Shown: positions 25,431 to 37,300 of the stretch, one piece after another | How positions within the stretch are numbered: the first letter of the stretch is position 1 | Layout: each line of letters opens with the position of its first letter | Source of the DNA: Chiloscyllium plagiosum | Lineage: Eukaryota | Length of the DNA stretch: 64,000 bases | Direction: 5' to 3' | Assembly: GCF_004010195.1 (NCBI RefSeq) | Contig: NC_057718.1 | Span: 639,893-703,892, forward strand | Translations under genes and position numbers: made by a program | Notes under the pieces: model-generated | The model's database searches: none | Seen by the model: the letters and a program-made list of their open reading frames with translations, nothing else | Told to the model about the DNA's origin: nothing

Positions 25431-27770
25431 CTCCCCCCTCAGTCTTTCCCCCACTGCATGGAGAAGTAACAAAATCTGGTAGCTGTTCTCACTTATTAAA
25501 CTTCTCTTTGTGTACATTCCCTTACTGGAAGGGAAAAGCAAAAACACATCTGCAGTTACACTGATAGGGTGAACCCTCAACCAGTTGGAATCAACATTCC
25601 CACGACTTCTGTCCTCATTAAAGAATTGAATGGAACTGAAAGAAAGCAACTGTTCAATGATTGTAATCCAGACTGGTGCCAAACTCTGCTCCTTTGACGT
25701 TTTTTGTTTCCCTGCCCATGGTACCTGTGTTTAGTTGTCTTATTATTTGTCTATGAATTTTAAGAAAGGGATTAGAGTTTAGATTATACAGTTTGAAGTT
25801 ACCAATTCATGCATCTTTTTGCCATTAATTAAAAACAATTTGATTATAACAAATAGTTATTCTTTTGTTAATGAAAAGTCACGAATGAGACAGGTTATTT
25901 TAGCAATTTGTTGATTTAGTCACATTTTCACATTTGTGATGGCTCAAGGAATAGATGAGCTTGTTGCCAGCACACTATGCCAGTGAGTCATGACAGACTT
26001 AAAGCAGAGAGCTGTGATCAACGTCTGTTTATCACTCTAGTGGGGGAGGTATTATGATACTTCTCAGGAAATGTACTTGGGACTGCTCTTTATGATATTT
26101 ATTAATGACCTGGAGTTGGTTATTCAGTCTTTCTTTCAAGGTTTGCAGATATATAAACGTAGTAAACAGGAGGATAGAAACAAACTTGTGTTAATTTAGT
26201 TCCTTGTTGAAGTGACAGAAAAGGTTGACAAAAGGATTCCAGAGGGTGGTGGAGTCTGGAATTTGCCATCTGAGTTGGCACAAATCTTCTACGAAGTATC
26301 TGGATCTGCAGCTTAAGCATGTAAGCTGCAGGACTTTTGGCTGTGTGCAGGAAGATGGGATTAGAAAGGGCATCCATATGTCTTTAGGTCAGCATGCACA
26401 AGATAGGCTGAATGGCCTCTTCTGTGCTGTAACATTTCAGTGGTTCTGTGGCTTATAGTGGATGTTGTTCCTATGGATTTTAAGTGTTTTATCAAAGTAC
26501 GAAAAGACTCAGTGAGGGGGTCAGTGTCAGCTTGGATAGAGAAATTGGCTTAAAGATTAAAAGGACTTCTGGTAAATTTTTATTTTTAGTCAAGATAATG
26601 GTAGACATTGTTTGACAGGGTCAACAGAAATGGTGCTGGAAAGCACAGCAAGTCAGGCAGCATCCAAGGAGAAGGAGAGTCTACGTTTCAGGCATTTGTT
26701 TGACAAGGGCCAGTACTCGGACCACATCTTTTTGAGAAATATAACTGAGTTCAAAGTTTGCTGTGATACCAAATAGCAATTGACTACAACAAAACATTAA
26801 TTGGACAATATCATGGGTTAACAAGTGGGAGGATTTAATAGGGCGAAGAGGGAGATAATGCATTTAGGCAAATGCAGTGGTTAAGACGTTATGAGCTAAC
26901 TGGCACAATTCTAAAGAATGCGCAGTGATAGAGGAGCCTGGAAACTCTCATGACTCTGATGAAGAGTCATCTAGACTCTTAGTTTGCTTTCCATCCGTGG
27001 ATGCCGTCTGACCCACTGTGATCTCCAGCATTTGTTGTTTGCAGTACAAATTCCAGCATTTGCAGTAATTTGCTCCTGACTATCCTTTATTTACCCCTGC
27101 CTTTCTACAGGACAGTTTAAGCTGTCTCAGTAATTTTCCCACTACAAAGGTTAGACTGCTGTGGCCTGGAATTGTTTGGTCAATTCTTAACTCTCCTTTA
27201 AAACGATGGTACAACATTAATAGGACAGAGCAACTAAGGGGACACAGTTTCACCCTAATGAATCTCTCCCACTTAAGACTCAGATGAGGAGGAATTTATT
27301 TTTGAGTGTTGATAACCAGTTTTCTTCACCAGAGAGCAGGGGAGGCTGGATCTTTAAATGTATTGAGCACTGAGTTAAACAGATTTGTGATCTAAAAGGG
27401 AGTTGAGGATTACAAAGACAGATAAAAAAGTGGAACTAGGTTGAAATCAGATCAGCCACGACCCGGTTGAATGGTGGAGCAGGCTCAAGGAGTCATTTGG
27501 CATATTTCCTTTGAGTTTGAAGTGGCAGCTCAAATATATGAAACTCTCAGAATGCATGAAGAACAGAGGATCCAGCCAAACAGCCACCCATTCAGGTCAA
27601 CCCTAGGTGGCCAAGGAATGGCTCTTGGCATATCTGGAGGACAATTGTTTTTATACTAAGTCCTCTTTTATTTTCCAGGCTCCATTTTAACCAGTTGATG
27701 TATATTCTGGTATGCTATGTGTATAACCAGCATTGCTTCTGATGCTTTTTTTATTGTTTTTGTTTTGCAG

Positions 27771-27850
27771 ATCCTGTGAGGATAAATGTGTTGGGATCAA
27801 ATTTGTTTTTCTATACTATGTATAGTAAACTCTACAGATTCATATTCAGC
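27771..27850 (+). other. RPL7L1: Candidate non-coding terminal (3' UTR) exon of RPL7L1
   Basis: Strong acceptor tttttttattgtttttgttttgcAG ending 27770; AGTAAA variant poly(A) signal at 27824-27829; candidate donor AG/GTAAAG two nt after the RPL7L1 stop; 3' end approximate. Confidence 0.45.
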
Positions 27851-28319
27851 TTTAAAGCATTTCCCTCTCTGTACACTGGAACCGATCATTGGACAGCATG
27901 CTACCACTCACTGACTACCTCAAGACCTTGTTCTGTGTGGATTGGGGTGGTGTCATAGAGCCATACAGCATAGAAGCTGTGGATAGTGATTGGTGTGATC
28001 TGTATCTTGGGGAGTTTTGTCTGGTAACCAATTGGAAGTGAAAGAGTTTACAATCTATGAAACTGTTGGAAGTAAATTTGGATTATCTGGAATTTTAAAG
28101 CTGTCAATAGACTTGGATGTCAGTCAAATATCAGTTTGGTGTTGCATAAAATTTCATATTCATTCTCAAATGAGTGTAGATTGGTAATTTTTCAGTTATT
28201 ACATAACTAAATTTAATTCAGGTTTGGATTGTTAACTATAGTTTTGGATTCTTGGTTGACTCTAGGACATGGCTGGTCTTGCACAGATTTGAACTATAGT
28301 ATAATATCCTGTCTCAGCA

Positions 28320-28750
28320 GAAATAAAAATTACACAACACCGGGTTATAGTCCAACAGGTTTATTTGGAAGCATTAGCTTTTGGAACACTGCTCCTTCAT
28401 TAGATGGTTGTGGAGTATAAGATCATAAGACATTGAATTTATAGCAAAGGTTTATAGTTTGATGTAACTGAAATTATATGTTGAAAAAGACCTGGATTGT
28501 TTAAGTCTCTCATCTTTTAAAATGAACATGTTGGTTTCAGTTCTTTCATGTGTAAATCCCAGAACTTTTTAAAAGTTACATTCTCAAGTGAACTTTAATA
28601 ATAGGTGCCATGTTGGCCCAGATAATGCATTGAAGGTGTGAGGTGCCCTGTGTGAGGCTGTCAGTGCCCCAATGTTCAGACTTATTCTATTTCTAAAAAA
28701 GAGATTTACGGAATCTTACATGGATTCATGCAGTTTTTGAACAAAAAAAA
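28320..28750 (-). mobile_element. PLE family B terminal-repeat fragment
   Basis: Homologous to 48965-49440 and, inverted, to 40100-40712. Confidence 0.8.
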
Positions 28751-29069
28751 ATCACGTGTGAAATGCAGGCATTGCTGGTTGGTGAAACACCTGGTAAACC
28801 ATTTCAGTCCATGTGCTGCAGATAGATGGTGATGCCATTGAATGTCAAGGGGTGATAGTTAGTTAGATTCTCTCTTGTCAGAGATGATCATTTCCTGATA
28901 TTTGTGTGGATTGAGTTTTACATGCCATTGATAACTAATTACCACTCCACAGACTGATCAGATACTTAATACAAAATATTACAAAATGTGATGCACAAAT
29001 GACAAAACACAAGACCTGCACCATTCATCCTTCCTCCAAACCCCCCCACCCACTTACCTTGTACAAAGC

Positions 29070-31170
29070 CACCATTCAATAGGATCGTGGTTGATCTGAC
29101 ATTCCTCGTGTCTGTTTTCCTGCCATGTCGCCCTCATGCTTGATTCCCCTGCTGACTAAGAATCTATCCATCATGGCCGTAAATATGCACAAGGACATGG
29201 CCACCTCAGCTCTCTGTGGCAAGGAGTTTCAAAGACGCTCAACCCTCTGAGAGAAGTTCCTCCTCTTCTCAGTCTTAAATTGTCATCCTTTATCTGAGAC
29301 TGTCCTTTGGTCCTCAACTCTCCCATGAGGGAAAACGTCTGAGCATTTACCTTGTCAAGACCCATAAGAATCATATATGTTTCAATGAAATCTCATTCTT
29401 CTTAATCCAATGAATAAAGTCCCAACCTGTTTAGCCTTTGTTCTTAAGTCAATCCCTGTATACCAGGATCGTCCTAGTGAACTTTCTCTGCTTCCAGTGA
29501 AATGGATATCTTAAATAAGGGGGCAAAAACTGCTTAAAGTACTTTATAAGTGCTGTTCACTAGCACCTTGTATGGTTGCAGTAAAACCTCCCTTCTCATA
29601 CTGCAACCCCCTTGAAATAAGGGCCAGCATTCCATTAGCGTTTCTGATTACCTGTTGCCCCTGTGTGCTAACTTTGTTTCATGGTCAAGTACCTTTGTGT
29701 TGCAGCTTTCTGAAGCTTTTGGCAATTGAAATAACACTCTTCTTTTGTTCTCCCTTCCAACTATTTTCCCACATTTGTACTCCTTTGCTCACTCTAAACC
29801 TACAGTTATCTCTTTGTAAACTGTATTCTGCTCACAACATGCCTTTCCACATATTTGTGTATCATCTGCAAATTTGATTAGAGCATATTTACTTTCTTCC
29901 TCAAAGTTCAGACAAAATTTACGAGGATGTTGCCAGCATCGGATGGGCCTGAGTTAGAGTGAGAGGCTGACCAAGATAGGACTTTATTCCTTGGAATGTA
30001 GAATGAGGGGTGACTTTGTTGAGGTGTATAAAACCATGAGGGGCATAGATAGGATGGATGCATTTAGTTTTTTTCCCAGGGATGGGGAATTGAAAACTAG
30101 AGGGCATAGGTTTAAGGTGAGAGGGGAAAAATTTAAGAAGGACCTGAGGGGCAACTTCTTCATGCAGAGAGTGGTGCATATATGGAATGGGCTGCCAGAA
30201 AAAGTTGTTGAGGCAGGTACAACAGCAACAATTAAAAAAATATTTGGATAGGTACATGGATGGGAAGGGTTTAGAAGAATATCGCCAAAATTCAGACATT
30301 TGAAACTAGCTGAGTGGGCAGCATGGCCCAGTTTGGGCTGAAGGGCCTGTTTCCATGCTGTATTATTCTATGACTGTATTCAAAGTCATTAATATATACA
30401 GAGGAACCACGATTATCTGAAGGACATGGGTGGGGAGTATTCCGTTGAGTTAATCGAATGCCGGATAACATAGTTTAGAAGAGCATCGGGACATTTCGAT
30501 CTTCCCAGATAATCCAATACTTGGATAATCAAATGCCAAATAATCAAGATTCCTCTCTCTATTGTGAACATTTGCAGTCTCAGTACTGATCCTAGTGGAA
30601 CCCTACTGGTCACAAGTCACCAATCTGAAAAAGAACCCCTTAACCCCTCTGACTGTAATAGCTAATCAGCAGGAAACACTATCCATGTCAATATCGTACC
30701 TCCAATGCCATGGGCTCTAATGACTTAATGTTTTTTTAAGAAACCTTGTCAAATGCCTTCTATAAATCCAAATACAACATATCAACTAGTTCACCTCCAC
30801 ATTTTAGTCAGACATGATTTCCTTTTCGTGCGACTATGCTGACTCTGCCTGATTAAATTATGGTTTTCCAAATGTGCTGCCATTACTTCCTTAATAATTG
30901 TTTGCTATATTTTTCCAACAGAATACGTAGGGCTAATCAGTCTATAGTTACAAGCTTTTTGCCTCCCTTTTTTAATAGGGGTACCATATTGGCAATCTTC
31001 CAGTGCTACTCCAGAATCCAAGGATGTTGAGAGTGTTACAGCCAATGCATTCACTATCTCTGTAGCTACTTCTTTTAGGATGCAAGCCCTCAGGGCCAGT
31101 GGACTTATCTGCCTTTAGTCCCATCAGTTTGATAACACTGCTATTTGTGTGATGGTGATAGTATTTAGAG
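29070..31170. mobile_element. Cluster of decayed CR1 fragments in both orientations
   Basis: RMRGDFVEVYKTMRGIDR, TRGHRFKVRG, KADKSTGPEGLHP motifs. Confidence 0.8.
30399..30557. mobile_element. Tc1/mariner-type MITE at a TA site
   Basis: TA-CAGAGGAACCACGATTAT ... ATAATCAAGATTCCTCTC-TA imperfect terminal inverted repeats, interrupting a CR1. Confidence 0.65.
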
Positions 31171-31174
31171 AAGC

Positions 31175-32140
31175 CCAAACACACTTCAAAGTGAAGCAGT
31201 GCTTTACCTGCATTTCACATAATCTAGGTCAAGAGTGTGGTGCTGGAAAAGCACAGCAGGTCAGGAAGTATCCGAGGAGCAGGAAAATCGCATTTCAATT
31301 TGTCGATTCTCCTGCTCCTCTGATGCTGCCTGACCTACTGTGTTTTTCCAGCATCACACTCTCGATTCTGATCTTCAGCATCTGCAGTCCTCACTTTCTC
31401 CTACTTTACATAATCTAGTCTACTGCATTCACTGCTCACAATGTGGTCTCCTGTACGTTGAGGAAACTAAGCGCAGACTGGTGTTGTGCAAATTGTCACC
31501 CAACATTCTGTTTGCAAAGTAGGTGCTGAGCTTCCAGGTGCCTACAACTTCACACCCCACCCTATTTCCTGGCCAGCATCTCTGTCTCAGGCTTACTGCA
31601 GTGGCAAAAGTGAGGACTGCAGATGCTGGAAACCATAGTTTAATTTAGAGAGATGCTGGAAAAGCACAGCAGGTCAGGGAGCATCCGAGGAGCAGGAAAA
31701 TCAATGTTCCTGGTAAAAGCCCTTCATCAGGACAAGGTAGGCATCCTTGCAAGAGGATTCGCAGTATGGTTAAAATCAACTAGGCAAAAGTGAGGACTGC
31801 AGATGCTGGAAACCAGAGTTTAGATCAGAGTGGTGCTGGAAAAGCACCTGCAGTGTTCTAACAAAGCATGAGCTGGAAGAACTGCACCTCATTTTCCACT
31901 AGGGAACCCTGCAGGTTTCTAGGACTCTTATCAAATTCAGCAACTTCAGGGCTTGAGCTTTCCCATGTCCTTACCCCAACTCTACACACTAGTCCTTGCT
32001 ATCACATAGTCTGCTATTTCACACAACCCATTGTTAGCCACACACAAGTCCACATTAGTACCTGTTCACTCTCCTAGCCAGATCATTATCCACTCCTTTA
32101 TCTGTCCAGCTGTTCTCTCCCTTTGGGCTCTATCCCCATT
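31175..32140 (+). mobile_element. Neptune-like PLE GIY-YIG fragment carrying two family A insertions (about 31228-31407 and 31603-31847)
   Basis: HFKVKQCFTCISHNL/VYCIHCSQCGLLYVEETKRRL; TSD acataatctag at 31217-31227 and 31408-31418. Confidence 0.82.
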
Positions 32141-33150
32141 TATCATTGGGCAGGAACTGGGGCATCTACATTGGGAACAGATATTCTGTGGGAAATACAC
32201 GACAGAAATGTGGAGGTTGTTTATGAAACACTTGCTGATAGTGCTAGGCAGGTTTGTCCCACTGAGGCAGAGAAGGGATTGTAGATTGAAAGAACCTTGG
32301 GTGACAAAGAATGTGGAACATGTAATCAGGAGGAAGAAGAAGCTTAAGGTTGAGGAGGCAAGGATCAGACAGAGCTCTAGAGGGTTACAAGATAGCCAGG
32401 AAGGAACTGAAAAATGGATTTAGGAGAGCTGGAAGGGGACATGAAAAATCTTTGTCGGATTAAGGAAAATCCAAAAGTATTCTACGTATATGTGGGGAAC
32501 AAGAGGATGACCAGAGTGAGGGTCGGGCCGATTAGGAATAGTGAAGGCTTTCATTAGCAAGGGCATTGAGTTGGAGCTGCAAGGTTATGCTGCAACTCTG
32601 TCGAGCCCTGATTAAACCACACTTGAAATATTGTGTTCAGTTCTGGTCACCTCAGTATAGGAAAGTTGTGCACGTTTTAGAGAGGGTGCAGAGGAGATTT
32701 ACCAAGATGCTGTCTGGACTGGGGGGCATGTCTTAGGAAGAAAGGTTGAGGGAGCTAGGATTTTTCTCATTGGAGCAAAGAATGATGAGAGGTGGTTTGA
32801 TTGAGGTATACAAGATGTTGAGAGGCATAGATAGAGTGGATAGCCAGAAATGTTTTCCCTTAATGGAAATGTCTACCATGAGGGGGCACAATTTTAAGGA
32901 AATTGGAGGAAGGGTTAGGGGAGATGTCAGAGGTAGGTTATTTACACAGAGTGGTGGGTGCATGGAATGGACTGCCAGCTGTTGTAGTAGAGTCAGATAC
33001 ATCAGGGACATGTAAGTGACTCTTGGATGGGCACATGAAAGATTGTACAATGAAGGGTATGTAGGTTAGTCTGATCTTAAGAGTAGGATAGAAGGCCAAC
33101 AAAACATCGAGGACCCAAGGGCCTGTACCATGCTGTTCTGTTCTATATTC
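32140..33150 (+). mobile_element. Decayed, internally deleted CR1
   Basis: LKEPWVTK, LERVQRRFTKML, GLIEVYKMLRGIDRVD. Confidence 0.82.
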
Positions 33151-33331
33151 TATTTACCTTTTACCCCTTCAACCCCCACACTCACCCTACCTTTACAAAA
33201 AAATATACATTTTCCTAGCCACCATCAGTTCTGAGCAACTGTCACTTGACCTGAAATGTTAACTGACCTCTCTCCACAGATGCTGCCAGACTTGCTGAGA
33301 TTTTCCAGCAATTTCTGTTTTGGTTGAGGGT

Positions 33332-33535
33332 GATATGGAAGTGCCAGTGTTGGACTGGGGTGGGCAAAGTTAAAAATCACACGACACCAGGTTATAGTCC
33401 AGCAGGTTTATTTGGAAGTACAAGCTTTTGGAGCAGTGCTCCTTCAGGTACCTGATGAAGAAGCAGCCCTCTGAAAGCTTGTACTTCCAAATAAACCTGC
33501 TGGACTATAACCCAAAATTGTGTGATTTTTAGCTT
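33332..33535. mobile_element. Fold-back family B PLE element
   Basis: Inverted arms ttatagtccagcaggtttatttggaagtacaagcttt / aaagcttgtacttccaaataaacctgctggactataa with a ctgatgaag..gaaagctt core. Confidence 0.85.
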
Positions 33536-33599
33536 TTATTAAGGAAACAGCCGACAGCTTCAGTTAGATACCAAACTGTCCTGGTTCCTGTTTGATTAT

Positions 33600-34300
33600 A
33601 CAACCAAATTACAGGGACAGCTGTAACAGCATTCCTATTAGGGAGAAGACTCCATACCAGGTTAAACCTGGACCGGGGGGAAGCAGGATGAAACACCATC
33701 AGAACGCCACTGCCGGATACGATACAAGACTCATAAGTGAGAGGCAGTTTACATCAGGGGATGAAGTTTGGTGTTGAAACCACAGGAACGGTCCTACATG
33801 GGTAAGAGGCATGGTTGACACGAGGTGAGGTCCTGTGATGTACAAAACTTGGGTAGGAAAGGCACTCCTGAACTGGCGTGTTAGTAATGTCAAAGCTGCA
33901 AACTCTCACATGGGGCAAGAGTAAAACATACCCAGCCTTTCAGAACATCCGGCAAGGTTGTCAGAACCTGTGGCTTCGCCCCCTCCACCTAGTGTTGAAG
34001 AAATCTGAGGACAAGATGGACATGGCACATGTCACAGCTTCGATTCCGTTAGCACCTGAAGAAGAACTTCGGCTGTGACTATGGTAGGCTATGGTCTGGT
34101 ACACCCGCCCAGTATTCAAGGCAGAGTTGAAGGAACCAGTGCAAAAATTTCCCAGAAGACGTTACAGGAAAAAGAATGGGCCTACATCCCAGGACTGAGA
34201 GAGGGTGTGATGTAGTGCTTGGGACGAGGTCAGCCAGGTGGATCTAGTGAGTTCCCTGTTTGGAGCTGTTAACTGGGTCCATTCGGGGATTCCTGACTCT
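33600..34300 (+). mobile_element. Decayed Gypsy-like LTR retrotransposon 3' fragment (end of integrase, purine tract, start of LTR)
   Basis: ERQFTSGDEVW, GPTWVRG, GPVMYK motifs; purine tract gagagagggtg followed by TG; a related minus-strand fragment probably at 55870-56640. Confidence 0.6.
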
Positions 34301-37300
34301 CAGATATCGCAGCATGGAAACAGACCCTTTAGTTCAACTCATCCGACCAGATATTCTCAAATAATCTTGTCCCGTTTGCCAGCATTTAGTCCATATCCCT
34401 CTAAATCCTTCCTACTAATGTACCCATCCAGATGCCTTTTAGACGTTGTAATTGTACTCCATTCCTCCACTTCCTCTGACAGCTCATTCCATTCACACAC
34501 CACCCTTTGTGTGAAAATGCTGCCCCTCAGGTCCCTTTTAGGCCTTTCACTTCCAACCTTAAACCTATGCCCTTTAGCTTTGCATTCCCCAACCCTGGGG
34601 AAAAGACCTTGTCTATCCGACTTATCTATGCCCCTGATGATTTTATAAACCTTCTGGAAAGTCACCCCTCAGCCTCCAACATTCCTGGGAAAATAGCCCC
34701 AGCCTCTCCCTCTAGCGCCAACCCTGGCAACATCCTTGAAAATCTTTTCAGAACTCTTTGATCTCCTGTATTCTTTAGTATTAATGGAGTGGTTGCAGTA
34801 TCATCCATCCTAAAGATTAATTCAAAATATCTTAACTTCTCCCCCATTTCTATCTTTTCAATAATAGTCTCCCGAGATTCGTTTTCTAAGGAGCTTAGGT
34901 TCACTTTGACCTATCTCTTCCTTTTGTATATTTAAAAACAGCTCATTGTCAGTTGTTACGTTCCTTGATAGTTTACCTTCGTAGCTTATCTTCCCTTTAC
35001 TTTCTTTATAGTTGACTTTGCTGGATTCTGAATTTGTCCTAATCTTTGGGGCTATCTCTAATTTTTGCCTCTTTATATATGCTTTTTCTTTCAACTGAAC
35101 CTATTTCTCGAATCAGCCTGTTCAGAGATGTTATTACATGCCTCTGCAGCAGATGGCACTTGAACTTGGGTGTCCGAGTCAAGGGGTAGGCACACTATGA
35201 CTGCACCACAAGAAGGCCCTGACTACGTTTAATGTGCTTAATTAGCCATGGTTAGTTTATGCATTTAGAATCTTTCCTGCTTGGGGGAGATTTTCTTTTT
35301 ACTGACAGTCATGAACTACCTCCTTAAATGCCTGATACTGTTTGCTTCCTGTCTTTCCTGTTAATCTATCTGCCCAATCCACTTTTGCTAACTCCATCCT
35401 AATTTCATTGTGATTCATTTTATTTAAGTTAAACACAGTTGTTTCCGACCCAAGTTACACACTCCCATACTCTAATCTTCAACTTCTGCAATAATTTTTG
35501 ATGTGGCATTTTATCAAATGCCTTCTGGAAATCTAAAACTAAGACCTCCAAGAACTCTAACAGACTGACCAAACATAATTACTGCTTTCACAAGCTGTTA
35601 ACTCTGCCTGATTACCTTGCACTGATCCAAGACCCTTATTGTAACTTATTTAATAGCACCTGTCTTTAATTAGCAAATTTAGCAACCATACCTTCATCTA
35701 AGTATTGAATAGAGGACAGTTACTGCATTACATCATACCGAAAATAAGCTAGTTATGCCTTGCTTCTGGTTTGCTAAATAATCCTTGTCAAAAAATATGA
35801 TTTCTCTTTCACAAAACCACGTCCATTCTTCCTGATTGCATGAAGATTTTCTATGTGTCCTGTTGTAACTACCCTTTTTTCACATTTTCCCTGATAACTA
35901 TAGTAATTTTCTGTCTCTTCTTGGATTCTTTATTGAAGAGAGGTCTCTCACTATTTTCCAATTTGAATCCACTATCTCAGCAGACTCTGTGATGAGTTTG
36001 GTCAGCTCCTTCGTTTTAATACTTTTCTCAAAGACTTCTGCAGGCATATGCTAAATGGCCTGATTTTACGGCCACCTGCTGTGTTTTCTCTGGGTTCTAT
36101 GGCATTTTGGCTCCTGGAATCTGTGCTCAGCCTGAGAAGCAGCCTATGACTTTTGTCACCACCACCTTGACCTGGAGCAAGCTTTCTATATTGAGGTGCT
36201 GCTGATGTTTTCAACTGGACCCTCCCTCACCCCATTACATCACCCCACCGTAAGATATATAAGCAGAAATACGCCATTCAGTCCATTGAGTCTGCTTTAC
36301 CATTCAAAGAAATTACTGATCAGATAATCCATCTTCTTTCTTTTTCCCCATAATATTTGATGTCCTTAAAAAGTGAATATACTTAACAACCCAGCCTTGA
36401 CAGCCGTGTGTAATAAAGAATTTCATAGATTCACTCCCATATCATAGAAGAAATTCCTCCTATCCCACGGGTGAGGTCCTAGAAGATTGGAGAGTAGTGC
36501 CAATCGTTGTGCCCTTATTCAAGAAGGGCTGCAAAGAAAAACCTGGATGCTATAGACCAGTAAGCCTAACATCTGTAGTAGGTTAAATACTTGAGAAGAT
36601 TCTGACTTAAGATATTCATGCATTTAGGAAGACAGGATTTGATTAGGAATAGCCGGCATGGCTTTGTGTATGGGAGATTATGCCTTACAAATTTGTTAGA
36701 GTTCTTTGATGAAGTGACCAGGAAGGTTGATGAGGACAGATTTAGTCTGTATGGGTTTCAGTAAGATCTTTACTTCAGTAAAGTTCCACATGGTAGGCTA
36801 CTCTGCAAGGTTAGATCACATGGAATCCAAAGGGAGCTGGCAAATTGGATAAACAATTGCCTTGATGGTAAGAAGCAGAGAGTAAGTGAAAGGATGGTTT
36901 TCGGACTAGAAGCCTGTGACTAGTTTGCGATTTTTAAGATTTGTAGCTCAGGTTGAGGTTCGGCTTTTAGAGTCATAGTCATAGAGATGTACAGCACGGA
37001 AACAGGCCCTACAGTCCAACTCATCCATGCCGACCAGATATCTCAGCCCAATCTAGTCCCACTTACCAGCACCCGGGCCATATCCCTCCAAACCCTTCCT
37101 ATTTGTATACCCATCCAAAGGCCTCTTAAATGTTGCAATTGTACCAGCCTCCACCACCACCTCTGGCAGCTCAGTCCATACACGTACCACCCTCTGGGTG
37201 AAAAGGTTGCCCATTAGGTCTCTTTTGTATCTTTCCCCACTCACCCTAAAACTATGCCCTGTAGTCCTGTACTCCGCCACCCCAGGGTAAAGACTTTGTC

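Noticed and set aside
36002..36214. Gly-rich ORF (GQGGGDK) as PREB exon 1
   Set aside because: Wrong strand and lacks PFPLY and KTG
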